A DNA stretch of 64,000 bases, taken from contig JAUPSS010000007.1 in the NCBI GenBank assembly GCA_040285825.1, positions 62,001 through 126,000 of the forward strand. Reading direction: 5' to 3'. Both the position numbers and the translations under genes were made by a program. Position 1 is the first letter of the stretch. Each line of letters opens with the position of its first letter. Below, piece after piece: positions 1 through 12,139 of the stretch. The DNA comes from Eukaryota sp. TZLM1-RC. Lineage: Eukaryota > Protista > Metamonada: BaSk clade. Under the pieces are notes generated by a model that was not told where the DNA came from, did not search any database, and saw only the letters and a program-made list of their open reading frames with translations.

Positions 1-157
1 CTCATTTAACAAAATTTTTGATTTACTTTTTCAATTTGTTATGAATGTAAAATCGACGAGAAAGGCTGTCCCAATATAAGAAAAAAAACAAAACTATGGC
101 ACATCAACTATTGAAAAGTGTGGGTGATACTAGATTTTTTGATGTAATTCGAGAGCG

Positions 158-872
158 GTGTCGATTGGGCAAGCAGCTGAATCTGTCAATGAGGCTGATT
201 ATTTCACCGCTCTTAGTCAAATACAAAATGACAAGGTTCGAACAGAGCTTCATTCGATTAAGGATCATTGGGCAACATATCGTTGCGAAAGTAAACGTTA
301 CGGACACATGACTTCCAATGTATCAGAATCTCTGAATGCTGTTTTAAAATCAGCCCGTAACCACAGAAATACACAGAATCTTTGGAGTCAATCAGAAATT
401 TAGTCTCGTCTGGAATTGCAAAAAGACAAGAGAAGGGTCGTGATTGGTTAAAAAGTGAAGCTATAGTCGTACCTAATATCAGCAAAGAAATTGACAAAAA
501 CTCGACATAGCAGCTGAATATACTACAATTTACAGAGGTAAATGACGTCTACGAGGTTCAAACCGAACTTGGTAATTATAAAAGGGTAAATATTGCTCAG
601 CGGCAATGTGATTGTGTAAGATGGCAGCAACTCGGATATCCTTGTTCCCACGCTGTTGCTGCTGTTGTGAAAGGAAAGCATAAGGTTGAAGAATATTGTG
701 ATCAAGTCTATAGCATAGCTGCTTATGTGAACATGTACTCCAGAACAATTATACCACCACGAAGCAGAAATCAATGGATAGATTTAGAACCACCATCCAG
801 TCTTCCTGTTTGAAAACGCAGAGCTGGTCGTCCATCCGTTAATAGGAAAAAAGGTTATATAGAACGTCGATA
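158..872 (+). pseudogene. MULE/Mutator transposase C-terminal relic with SWIM zinc finger
   Basis: 158-403 encodes RYGHMTSNVSESLNAVLKSAR (MULE T-x-N-x-x-E-S-x-N motif). A different frame from 511 reads VNIAQRQCDCVRWQQLGYPCSHAVA (SWIM CxC..CxH) then KRRAGRP. Broken by a frameshift and stops. Confidence 0.85.
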
Positions 873-1408
873 GATTGTATTTGGTTCTTGTTTATAAAAG
901 TATATAAGAGTTTGGGATATGATTAAGACGTTTATAACACAAAGACAGAAGCTATCGACGAAAGTCATGTGCAAAAAAAACGTAAAAACCGGATGATAGG
1001 ATACATGTACAAGTAGTTGGTATGATTGGCCCTCTCACGTCATTCGTCACTGATTGGTATGAAACGAATTTGTTCTGACATCCCAAGACGCTTTTTTCTA
1101 TACCACTGGTATAAAACGAATTTTGGAATTCAAGTAATGGTATAGAAAAAATTAACCCAATGAAAAAAACAATATGCAACTGCTGAAAGAATGGAACAGA
1201 CAACACTTCGTTAAGTCATTTTTTCCACATGTTAGTCACTACCATGCTTCTTTCAGCACATATGAAACCCTCTTGGCTACGCTGTTGTCAACAGCAGTTG
1301 TTTTATCTTTTAATAAAAATCCGGGAATCTTGCTTGTTCACCTTGATGTACTTCTTTTGGCTATTGTTTATATGTTCGACTCAGCTACATGATGTCAGCT
1401 TTCCATTG

Positions 1409-3465
1409 TTTCTATTTGCTTTATCTCTTTTGCATCTGTTTCAATGTTGTTTTTTTGTATAACCTTCTATTTCAGTCAAAATCATGATCTTAGCTTCTTC
1501 TGTGGTTCTCTTTATTTTTCTTTAATGTTTAATGTTGTTTTTCTAATTGTCTGTTTTACCAACATGATTCCTCCATACATTGGCTTCAAGTATTGGCAAA
1601 GTACTCTTTTTGTTTTCTTCATCTTTATTCTCCAAGTTATGGTTTTGATGAATACACATATTGAGAAATCGATGGAAATTGTTGGGTTTTTCATTATAGT
1701 TTGCCTGCCTCCTGTACTTTGCGCCTTCTGTTCGTATTTCTGTCTTTTTAGTTTTTTCGGATTAAGTCGCCACGATCGGTTCACCTCGATGCTTCATTGG
1801 TTAACGATGGATCATCCTCAAATAGGCATGAAAAAAAGGGTCACTCATGATCGTAATCCTATCAAGGAGATCATTCGAGATCTGTTAGTGTAGAGTCAGC
1901 AGCTTGTACCTTCACTGTGATGTTTTTACCTATGGTGTCCCCGAAATTTATTGAACAACCCAACATCTTATGCTCATTCAACTTGTTTTAGCAAGTTTAT
2001 TCGATTGGTGGATCACTCGAAGTAAAAAACTATTTTGTACATTATGTATTGTACTGTTTGTTATTTCCTGTTTGGATAGAATTAAATTTGTATATATGTA
2101 TATTTTAACAGCATCATTGGTTATTTTAAAGCACTTTTATAACCTCTATCAAATTAGGAAGGCGAAAAAGTTTCTTGAACTCAAAACAAAATTCAATAAT
2201 CTTAATCTGCCCCCAATAATTGAGAAGCATAATGATTTTTGTTGGATTTTGTTAATCTTCATATTTCCTTCTATATTTGTTTGCTAAGAAAATCAAAATT
2301 CATCAAATTCTAATATGAATATAAATAAATCTGACCACGTTCGAGTTTTACGATTGATGGACGTGGATAATCTTAAATCAAATGAAAAAATAGAAATTTT
2401 TTGGAAGCAGAATTTTCAAAAAATGAAATGAAATGCCTGAAGCGCCAGCAGTTTTCCCCTTTTCCAACGGCACTTAAAGTTCTTGAGGATGAAAAGGATT
2501 CTCAAGCCAATCTTGACAAACTCAAGGCTTTATAGGAAGAAAATTTTCTGTTAGATGAAGTGCTTTCAGTTTTTCAATTCTTTCAAAATTAATATCTGCA
2601 TCAAACCACTTCTATCCCTCAACGCATTATGTAAACCATAATTTTATTTGAAGAAGCTGAGAGAAAACATTTAATGTTATTCCAATTGTTCGAAACTCTT
2701 GGATTTATTGAAGTTGATAGCCAATTTATTTCGCTCTCCTTTGTTATAGATGATGAAATAACTTGGCAAAAGAATAATTCAGAGTGGAATTCAAAGACTG
2801 ACATTGAGCGTGTGAGTCCAGAAGACCAAAATTTGTTTTGGTAAGAGAAGAATGGTTGGTTGAAAAACCTGTTACACCTAAATTATGTTTAACATTACAC
2901 AGGATAATTGAAAATGCTTCGCCTTTCTTCTATGTGCTTTATCTCTTTTGTATCTGTTTCAATGTTGTTTTTTGTATAACCTTCTATTTCAGCCAAAATC
3001 ATTATCTTAGGTTCTTCTATGTTTCTCTTTATTTTTCTTTAATGTTTAATGTTGTTTTTCTAATTGTCTGTTTAATCCACAAAATTCCTCCATGCATTGC
3101 CTTTAAGTATTGGCAAACAACGCTTCTTTTTGACTTCTTCATCTTTATTCTCCAGATTCTGGTTTTGGTGAATATACATATGGAGAAATTAATGCAAAAA
3201 TAAATTGGAAAATAAATTGGATTGTACATTATTTATTGTACTGTTTGCTATTTCCTGGTTCAATAGAATTATATTTATAAATATGTTAGTTTTAACAGTA
3301 TCTTTGGTTGGTTTTATTTTGAGGTACTTTTGTAACCTCTGTCAATTATGGTAGATTAAAAAGTATAATCAAACGTTCGATGAACTGAAAATATCCACAG
3401 AAGTCCAGAAGCATAATGATTTTTGTTGATAATTGTTAATCTTCTTATTTCCTTCCATATTTATT
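1409..3465 (+). repeat. Diverged direct duplication of decayed hydrophobic (multi-TM-like) coding sequence
   Basis: 1409-1680 resembles 2927-3200, and 2038-2285 resembles 3226-3465. ORFs 1444-1893 and 2838-3203 share FCITFYFSQNH...SLYFSLMFNVVFLIVC. Confidence 0.7.
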
Positions 3466-5619
3466 GGCTTAATTAGTAAACTTGTTGCGACTCTCGGCAA
3501 TGAAGTGTGGTTTGTTGTTGATGGTCTTGAATAATATGCACGTTCATCAAGTAGTTATTCCACGTAAAGTCGTTAATGACACTAGAGATTACTATTGTAG
3601 ACATATTCTTGCTGATATACATCCATAGAACATGAATTTATGGGCACTGAATAGTTCAATTCGTAAAATCTCTCTGACCAAATTGTTTCATCGTTGACTT
3701 TTTGAACGTCGTGAAGTTTCCCACTTCTTGCTTAAATCATTTCTCAATCTGGTTACTACGCTACAGTTCTGATTTGTTTTTCGTAATTCGATTATGGACT
3801 TTTGTTTAAGAAAATGTCAAGACAAATGAGTCATTTCCAAAGCTTCCTTCCCAACCAACAAACTTCATTCTATATGGCATTTGTAATTGTAGCATGTGCC
3901 TGAACTTATTGTGTAAATTCAAAAAGACAAGTACATTTTGCTATCTTAAAACTGTATTCGCGTTCCTGTCAGTTCAATAGTTCAAAATTCCAATGTGTAA
4001 TCAAATTAAATGAAATGAATTTTACAAATTCAGATCCAACCATTCTCGACACATTGGTCCTATCAGCAAAGATTGCCTTAAACAAAAGTTCCTTTTCATT
4101 AGTGGAAGAAGAAATAGTGATTGCTAAATTGACACCTTCTCTACTGTATTCATCAGTTGAAATTCTTGTTCGTAATCTAATATCATTGTTTAAAATGAAA
4201 AAAAAACAAGATGAACAGAAATCATTATAGTCTCACTAGTGACAAAGTCTGGAATCCAGACGGACCAATTGAGAGAGCATAAACTGAAAATAATGAAAAA
4301 TCAGAAATTAAGAAATTAAAGAAATATGGACCACAAAAAGGTTGTAGACGAAATGAAACAGGGAATTGAAGAGTTCCCATTAATTTCTGAGAAGTAGAGG
4401 ACAGAATAGAAAAAAGCCGATAGCATGTAGTTGAGTCAATAATCAGTATTATATATAAATTATCCAAAAGGAGTAAACCAAGGTTAACAAGCAAGATTCA
4501 ATAGTTGTTATAAAAAGGAAAAACAGTGTTCTTGACAACAACAGCCAAGGGGGTTTCACATGGGCTAAAAAAGCATTATAGTGGTTTGATAAAGTTATAT
4601 ATCTAGAATTGCTTGGAATAGTATTGGGAAATTTTTTTGAGGGATTAAAAGCTTTGTTTTCAGAATAAAAGGCAAATTATTCAGAAGTTGAGAAGGACCA
4701 TCAATTGAAGTAGAAACCAAACAAAAGCTGTTTCTTAATTGAGTAATTGTCCCACAACTATTCAGAAAAATAAAATCATCTCTTCCCCTCTACAAAGATC
4801 CAAAAACATGTAGACTATACAGACACACGTGATCGGATCTTTCTTTGACCGTAATCAACTTCAAACAGTTAAAAACTGAATGATTGATGATTACTCAATC
4901 GCATATGTATTTCTGAATAGAGACTCTAAAGAAAGAGAATTACTCTCAATATTTTGTAGAGACTGTAGAAAACCCGAAAAAAAACCGAATGAATAACCGA
5001 TCAAAGAAGCAACAAGAAGCATTAAATCTTGCAACAATAAAAACAGCAGAAAGTAAAAGCAACAAACCAAAATTCAAAAACATAAAAAGAAAAAACAGAA
5101 AAAGAGCTAACCACCTCAGAAAAGAGCAAATGAAGAATCAGTGAAAGGAATAAAAAAGGTAATAGAAAGATATAGTAAATAACAAATAGATTAACAAAGA
5201 GAATAGTCTAGGTGAGATCTTAAAAATGACTTTTAAATAAACAAGAAATATTGCGATGTAATTCATAAGGGAAAGGAAAGAATGGCATAGCAAACTAAAA
5301 AAAGGCCAACAACAGCAAAACCTAAAAATAATAGAAACAAAAGTTTTGATACAATAAAAAAGAGTGAAAAGAGAAAAAGGAAAAAGAAACAATAATTCAA
5401 GGTGGCTAAATAAAAGATGAACGAAGATAAAGAAAAAGTAAAAATCAACAACGTAATTATAGGAGGAAAAGCAATGAGTTAAAGAAAGAAAAGAAAGGTG
5501 TCATGACTAGAAGAGAAAGAAATCAAGTGAAGAAAGAAAAAGCACCAAAAAAACAACAAACCTAAGATAAATAATATTAATAAAACAAAAATACATTAAA
5601 TAAACAAAACAAAAACTAA

Positions 5620-6955
5620 CTAATCAGCTTCATAAAGCTCCAAGGCTCTCTCATACTGAACAAACTCTTCTTCCCGACATTCACAGACCGAGAACCAAGG
5701 CGTGTGCACCTTGTCACGATCTGGAAGCCAATCGTAAGAGATAAATACCTCGCAATCATTCATTGGAATCCGGGCATAAATCCCAACCAGCTTCTCACCT
5801 GAAATATCGTTAAAATCTTTAACATAGGCGTTGGGGCAAGAGCGGTGGTTAGCGTACTTGCCAAGACAAGCACCCATACGACCATCAAGCCATTGGCCAT
5901 CGGTTCGTTGAATGAGATAGGCAGACAAAGAGCGCTTAGCGGCATGTTCAGAAATCGGGAGACCCCTCCAATAAGCGATTAAGTCACCAGGGACCACAGA
6001 CCCATGGATGAAAAGCCCATTACCAATACCAGGAATGGTGGAGGGACGGATGGAAGTGGTGAAGTACCTCCCTGTGAGGATGGATGTGATATGTACTAGG
6101 GTGAGATGATCTGAAAAACAACATACAACCAAAAACATTGTGCTCCTTATCATGATTAAGCTTCCTTCCTACCCAAAGCAGCGATCTACTGGAGTTTAGA
6201 TGTAGGTACTTCTCCTTCAGCTCAATAAATTCTTTCTGTGATTAGCTATTGGGATTACACAAACCATCATGCTACATTGGCCACAGCAGTATTTACTTCC
6301 ATCAAATACTAAACATTCCTTGTGAAATGGCCACATACAATACACCTCACAATAAATACATTCATCTTCGGAGACAATCTTGGCACATCCAGGACATTGA
6401 AACTCAAAGGCATAGGTACTGAAATCTTCAGAGGAATCTGAGGAGCAAGAGTCCACTTCTTCGTCCTTGTTTGAGGGATGAAGGGGGTGAGAGCGATGAT
6501 ATCTCTTCAGCCCCGACTTCTTTTCAATGCAGAACCTGTCCAGGAGCGGTACATCGGAGTGGGGGCCTGATTGGGCAGCATGAAACCCAAGATGTTTCCA
6601 CATATCATTAACTACAATGAATTCAGACGAACATCCAGACACTCCACAGCGGAACCTTGTCAAGCGAGTTCCCACTCGGGGGCACCCAAGTTCATGTGTT
6701 TTGCAGTTGGATCGTTGATTGAACCCCTTCCCACAACCAGAGCAAGAGAATGGTGTCTCACCGGTGTGGGTCCGGGTGTGGTCGGCTAGAGAAGTAGCGG
6801 ATCGACAGCACTAAAGTTAATAATTAATTATCACATGCTTTTCCACAAGTCTCACACTTGTACTTATCGGTGTGACAGCTGATATAATGTTTAGAACGAG
6901 CACTGCTTGATGAATATGAGGCATCACATCCAGGGAAGGTACATTGATATTTCAT
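5620..6955 (-). CDS. 4x C2H2-type zinc finger - PHD-like finger - SET domain protein (~415 aa, 4 exons)
   Basis: Exons 6955-6839, 6810-6265, 6235-6127, 6095-5620. Introns 6811-6838 (GC-AG), 6236-6264 and 6096-6126 keep one open frame. Motifs: CTFPGC..H..H; CETCGK..H..HTGETPFSCSGCGKGF; CGVSGC..H..H; CPGC..CEVYC..FHKEC..CGQC; SET motifs GIGNGLF, YANH..PNA, EVFISY. Confidence 0.85.
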
Positions 6956-7038
6956 GAGGAAGGCAAAACTGTTTCTTTCACTATTTTGTTTGTTTTTCCT
7001 AACTCAAAAAATGCATATTTCTATCCATGCTAAACATT

Positions 7039-7745
7039 CTATCCCACACTCACTGATTGTTGCAGTACCATTGGTCTACAATTATCATGAATATGAGAGT
7101 ACGTAATCCTGTTTATGTTTAGAGCACTGTTAACGATAGACGCCACATTGACTGTTTTGACAGTGTAGCAGTCCATGGCATGGGACTAGTTTGACATTGT
7201 TCTGCCCTTGATTCCATTCTCACGAATCCCAATAGCATCATCATCCAACTGCTTCCTTTTTGCCACTCGTAAATCATTCTTGAGTCTCTTTCTTTTACGT
7301 TTGAATCTCTTTTATGAATTGTTTCTATTTTTATCTTTCACCATTACATCGCATTTGGTATTACCTTTGCGATCATCCTCAACACAAGCAGCACATCTCT
7401 TACTGGTACGATACTCGTCTACCAAGTATACTTTTATGCCAGCTCTTCTCAGACTTCTTCTTAGCCCAACACCTCTGATTGTGCTTGCTTTACCTTTATG
7501 ATTGGTCTTTGCGTTCCAATCACCAAAGCCAATTACAATGTTGCATATGCATTCAATTTGGCTTTTAATCGATTAACCCATGCAGCCTCGTTCTTTTGTC
7601 TATTTATATATTTGTATAGAATGTGGCACTTAAAGAGAGGGTCTTGATAAATCGTACAGAGCAATTCATCGTGGAGTAATTTCATTTCAAAGTACCTCTT
7701 GAATTTTTGCAGGCTTGGAGATTTTTTGGAATATTCTGATATTTT
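7039..7745 (-). pseudogene. Fanzor1-like (eukaryotic TnpB) RNA-guided nuclease relic, C-terminal half
   Basis: Manual translation gives YINRQKNEAAWVNRLKAK / IVIGFGDW..IRGVGLRRSLRRAGIKVYLVDEYRTSKRCAAC..PCHGLLHCQNSQC..VNSALNI..RP, i.e. RuvC-II (DEYRTS), zinc ribbon and the RuvC-III region. Contains frameshifts and a stop. Confidence 0.85.
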
Positions 7746-8849
7746 ATCAATTTTGATGTAACCTCAGGTTTGCATTGAGTTGAAACAGCAAGTATAGATT
7801 TATTTGTAGAACTAGAGAAGAGCTTTGGAATTTGTGTTGCTTGAGACATGGTGATCAATCTATCTTACCTTTCCAGTAGTAGATCCACCCATATGAATCA
7901 TAGGAGTATGGTCCATAACAATCGAATAAATATCTTTTATAGTGAAGATATAAAATTTAATTATTATAATTCAATGTGAAAAACTTCATATCTCGATACT
8001 ACAACACAGAAACACTACTTTGATTATTATTTTGAACTAAGACTAAGATTGAGTGATTGATATTGTTACCATGATAACTAACTTGAACAAGAAATCAGAT
8101 GAAGTTTATTGTTTCAACGTCTTTTTAGTTTCATTTCCTTCATTTCCACAGCGAAAGCTTTTGTTTTTCAGTTTTTTTATTATATGCTTTATTATGGGAC
8201 TCTGATCAATGTGAATGTTTAGTTATTTCTCTTCACCTTTGACATAAAATGTGTCTCAACAAACATCTTTTTAAAAGTAACTCGGGATATACAATCAAGC
8301 AAATGTTCTTTCATACCTACACCCTCTTTTTGGGTTGAAATTCTCTTGGGTCGACGGTTCTACATCATATAATGATCGTCTTTGTTTCCAGTACAATTCA
8401 GCTTCAGCCGTCTGAGCAGCAATTGTATCATTGGTTAGTTTTTATTGAAGATTTATAGGAATGAAGATGAACATTAGGTCGAAATTTATTAAACCTTTCA
8501 AAGTTTGTTTTTCATATTTCAAATGAAACTTGTCTCTAAAATAAGAAATTACAGAAGATAAGTAAAGATATGAAACAAAACAGCAGCAGAACTGTCCGAG
8601 GACGAATAGCGTCATAAAAAAACAAAGGAAGAAATAGAGGTTTTATTAACAGAATGAAAAAAAGCAAAAAGACAAAGCAAAAGATTTTAAACTTCAGACA
8701 AAAACAAAATCCTCCTCCTCCAAATGAAAACAAGAAAACAAAACTAAAGGAATATACCTTCAAGAGGCTCACTGCTCCTCAAAGAAGAGGAATTAAAACA
8801 ATTTTCAAAAAACTCCCGAACATGAAGAATTCCTAATCTACTGCAAGGC

Positions 8850-9366
8850 AAAAAACAACTTTTCTCTCCATGTTAGAGCTTTTTACTTTAATAAAGAATC
8901 ATTAAACTGCAAAGATTCATGGCCACAGAGAGGTTTGAAGCAAAATGGATGAATTAAATTGAAAATAAGTTTGGAGGTCCTGAAGATAGCATTGTAGTGA
9001 TGGGTGATTGGAAGCAAAACCAATTTTAAACATCAAGCACCTACAAAGAATGTTGGTTATCGAAAGATGTTCAAAAACCGTAACTTCCGTCTATTGCTGC
9101 TGGACGAATATAGAACAACTTGTCGATGTCATGCATGTGTACTCGAGGGAAAAGAAGGTGAAAATGTAAAGCAGCATCGAGTACCTAATCCAAGACCTTA
9201 CAGGAGAGCAAAGACTCCAACGGTCCTAAGACATGGATTACTCACTTGCAAGAAGTGTGGATGTCTATGGAATCGTAATGTCAATGCTGTTCTTAATATG
9301 ATTCATGTTGTGGATGTGTATATCAAAGGAAATGAAAGGTCTCAAGTTTTCACAGCAGGACCTTGA
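8850..9366 (+). pseudogene. Second Fanzor1-like relic
   Basis: KFGGPEDSIVVMGDW / KHQAPTKNVGYRKMF..LLLDEYRTTCRCHAC..HGLLTCKKCGCLWNRNVNAVLNM. The RuvC-III NRD motif reads NRN. Stop and frameshifts upstream; 5' boundary approximate. Confidence 0.85.
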
Positions 9367-9418
9367 ATCATTCCATCTTCATCTCATCTACTATTTGACA
9401 TTTTTGTGCTGCTAGCCG

Positions 9419-11557
9419 ATGTCCAGTGTCCTCCAAGCCTTATCTGATGACCTTAACCACCTGCGTGAAGAAGCAGTCACAGTTCTCACTTCAGGCCTTC
9501 GCCTGAGTCACGCTTCCTTCCCCAGAATCGCTCCTTACCCTCTTCCATCACTCTCCTCCTCCACTAACATCATCCATGCCTTAGATCTCAACCCTCCCCT
9601 CTTCATCGGTATCGACCATCTTACCTCCAAACTTCCTTCCCCTTCATCAACTCGACCTCTCTTTGTTCTCCGTGGACCTCCCCGTTCTGGCCGTTCTTCA
9701 CTCCTCACCACTGGCCTTCCTTTTGCTTTAACCTATACTACTAAGCATTTCCCAACTCTTCCTTCCGTCGTACATCTTCCATTCTCTAATATTAAACCTC
9801 GGTACACGTGTTCAGAGTGCTTGGGGGAGTTTTTTAGGCTATTGAAACAATATTCAACCAGGTATGTGGTAATTGATCAAGATAATGATGAAATGAAATT
9901 GAATGAAACGATGATGTCTCCGATTAGGTCAAAATTAGCGATCAAAAATGATGAGGTAATGTCATCATTTGATAGTCCTGCAGTTGCGAAAATTCCATGG
10001 TCTGAGAGATTCAATGTACCTTCCAGTCCATATAAAGCATCAAATTTTGAATTGAGCACTTCTGAGCAAAATTTTAAAAAATTAGATGATACTGATGAGC
10101 TGGGTGATCCTATCATGTCGCTTTCGGAGCAAATTACCAAAATTTTGAAATATTTGTCTCTTTTAAAACAATATACCGGAAATCTATTAATCACAATCGA
10201 TGATTTTGACCTTTTATTCAAAAATATCTCAGACCAAAAAGACAAACAGATAGTTTTACAAGCTTTTGGTTGGATTTTTTCAAATAGTGGTGTAATTTTC
10301 GCCATTTCGATGTTTTCTCATTTAATTATGGATTCCCCAAATGACCTTTCTTTGTTAGTCCAAAATAAAAATGTCAAAATTCATATTATTGACCCTATTC
10401 CTCTTATCTCAGAGCTCAATTACGTGATGGATGACGTTTTTGACTGTCTTGATGACGTGTACAACATCAATCAATCAAAGCATTTGATTAATTTAGTTTG
10501 CTCGTATTTACCATCAAATTTGCAGTATTTATCCATAATTCTTCCATTTTTTCATAAAATTGTCGATTTAAATATAAATGACAAGGACTTTGATTATTTC
10601 TTTAAACAATTTATTAATCAAGAATTTTCTTTTGTTGTTTCTAAAAATGTTCATTTAATAGAAACTCAAGAAACAAAATTAATCGATTTCAATCAAAACT
10701 TACCTATTTTGACCTGGTCTTTTGACTTTCAACGAGTTTTTGATGGCAGTTTATCTTTCAAAAATGATCTATTACGCCTTTGTCAATTATGTTTTGGGAA
10801 AAATCAAATTCAGGTGAACTTAACATTAAACCCGATTGTTGATTCAACTTTAGTTAAAATTGTAAACATTTCAAAGGCAAACTCGTTATATCACCTCAAC
10901 AGATCAATCATTTCTGATCATTTCAACAATAATGACCTTGATTTTGATCTATCTGGACTGGTCAAATTTTTACATTCTTCGATCAATTCAATTAATCCAT
11001 CAAAAATGATTAAAAGAGGTGTTTATGATTATCATTATTCAGATGTTTGTGGACTGTTTCTCAATTCTTGTAATATTAAAAGACCCAATTTAATTGATTA
11101 TAAGTTCATTCACGAAAACTCGAGAAAACTATCAAATTTGATTGATAATCTGATTGGAAATCATTTCAGCTCACTCAATCAATTATTTTCTTTTGTTGAT
11201 GTCTGTGAGTCTGCAATCACGTCAAGTCCTGCTGTTTCTGACCGTTTTGTGATTATTGTGAGCTCTGATTATGATCTTCCTTCTTTAGAAGCAGTCAAAT
11301 CCTTTTTTATTCAAACCTTTAAAATCAAAATTTTCGATCTTTGGCAAAAATCAAACCAAATTTTCGTTTTGATTAATACTTTACAATCCTGCCAAGTGGT
11401 TATTCAGAAGCCTGTGGTTGTTGTGAAATACGAAAAAGTTAAACTTTCGGTAGCTGATTCTAGTACCGCAAAGGGTTGTTGGGAAGTTTATTTTTCAAAA
11501 AGAAAGGGAATTGAAAGCAGCAATTCCACTATTGATTTACTTAGTTCTATGAGCTGA
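9419..11557 (+). CDS. 712-aa protein with degenerate P-loop NTPase-like N-terminal region
   Basis: Long intact ORF. FVLRGPPRSGRSSLL is Walker-A-like with K replaced by R; LLITIDDFD is Walker-B-like. Confidence 0.6.
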   Translation: MSSVLQALSDDLNHLREEAVTVLTSGLRLSHASFPRIAPYPLPSLSSSTNIIHALDLNPPLFIGIDHLTSKLPSPSSTRPLFVLRGPPRSGRSSLLTTGLPFALTYTTKHFPTLPSVVHLPFSNIKPRYTCSECLGEFFRLLKQYSTRYVVIDQDNDEMKLNETMMSPIRSKLAIKNDEVMSSFDSPAVAKIPWSERFNVPSSPYKASNFELSTSEQNFKKLDDTDELGDPIMSLSEQITKILKYLSLLKQYTGNLLITIDDFDLLFKNISDQKDKQIVLQAFGWIFSNSGVIFAISMFSHLIMDSPNDLSLLVQNKNVKIHIIDPIPLISELNYVMDDVFDCLDDVYNINQSKHLINLVCSYLPSNLQYLSIILPFFHKIVDLNINDKDFDYFFKQFINQEFSFVVSKNVHLIETQETKLIDFNQNLPILTWSFDFQRVFDGSLSFKNDLLRLCQLCFGKNQIQVNLTLNPIVDSTLVKIVNISKANSLYHLNRSIISDHFNNNDLDFDLSGLVKFLHSSINSINPSKMIKRGVYDYHYSDVCGLFLNSCNIKRPNLIDYKFIHENSRKLSNLIDNLIGNHFSSLNQLFSFVDVCESAITSSPAVSDRFVIIVSSDYDLPSLEAVKSFFIQTFKIKIFDLWQKSNQIFVLINTLQSCQVVIQKPVVVVKYEKVKLSVADSSTAKGCWEVYFSKRKGIESSNSTIDLLSSMS

Positions 11558-11850
11558 TTTATTTTATTTTTAACTAGTGTATTTTAGATTTGGTTGTATA
11601 AATTTTTTTATTTGATATTTTTTTGCCTAATGACCACAACTTTTTTAATTTTCCTGAAACTAGTCACAATCAGTTGATCCCTTGTTATTCTCAAATAGGT
11701 AAAGGATTGATTACATCACCAATTGAATCTTTCAACATTGACTCTGCAGAATTTCATTCATTCCTACTAAGTGGATCAGAAAGAGCTATTTGTCTTTATG
11801 AATATTTCTGTACACGTGTTCAAATACGTGTTTACACAACTTTGCGCCAA

Positions 11851-11877
11851 TTAGGGTTAGAGTTAGGATTAGGGTTA
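11851..11877 (+). repeat. Short degenerate (TTAGGG)n telomere-like tract
   Basis: TTAGGG TTAGAG TTAGGA TTAGGG TTA. Confidence 0.55.
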
Positions 11878-12139
11878 CTGCCTTCAAACAATTTTCTTTA
11901 AAGGATGAATTCTGATGGTGAAAAACGTTGCTGCTAGTTTGATGAGTAGAACAAAAAAGAATTAAGAATCTACAAAAGGTGAAATGTTGAGCACACCATA
12001 TTCTTTACATAACTTATCAAGAACCTTGTATAAAAAAATAACTGTTCAATAATACAAATCCAATTTTGGTTTTGGTTCAAAAATAATATGCTAATTTCTT
12101 TCCGATTACAACTTGTTAACAATTTTCTAAAAAACGGTT

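Noticed and set aside
4980-5619. Hydrophobic minus-strand ORFs
   Set aside because: Products of A-rich low-complexity sequence with no motifs.
6072-6097. Alternative 25-nt intron (GTACAT..CTCACAG) in the SET gene
   Set aside because: Also frame-compatible, but 6096-6126 has the canonical GTATGT donor and typical length.
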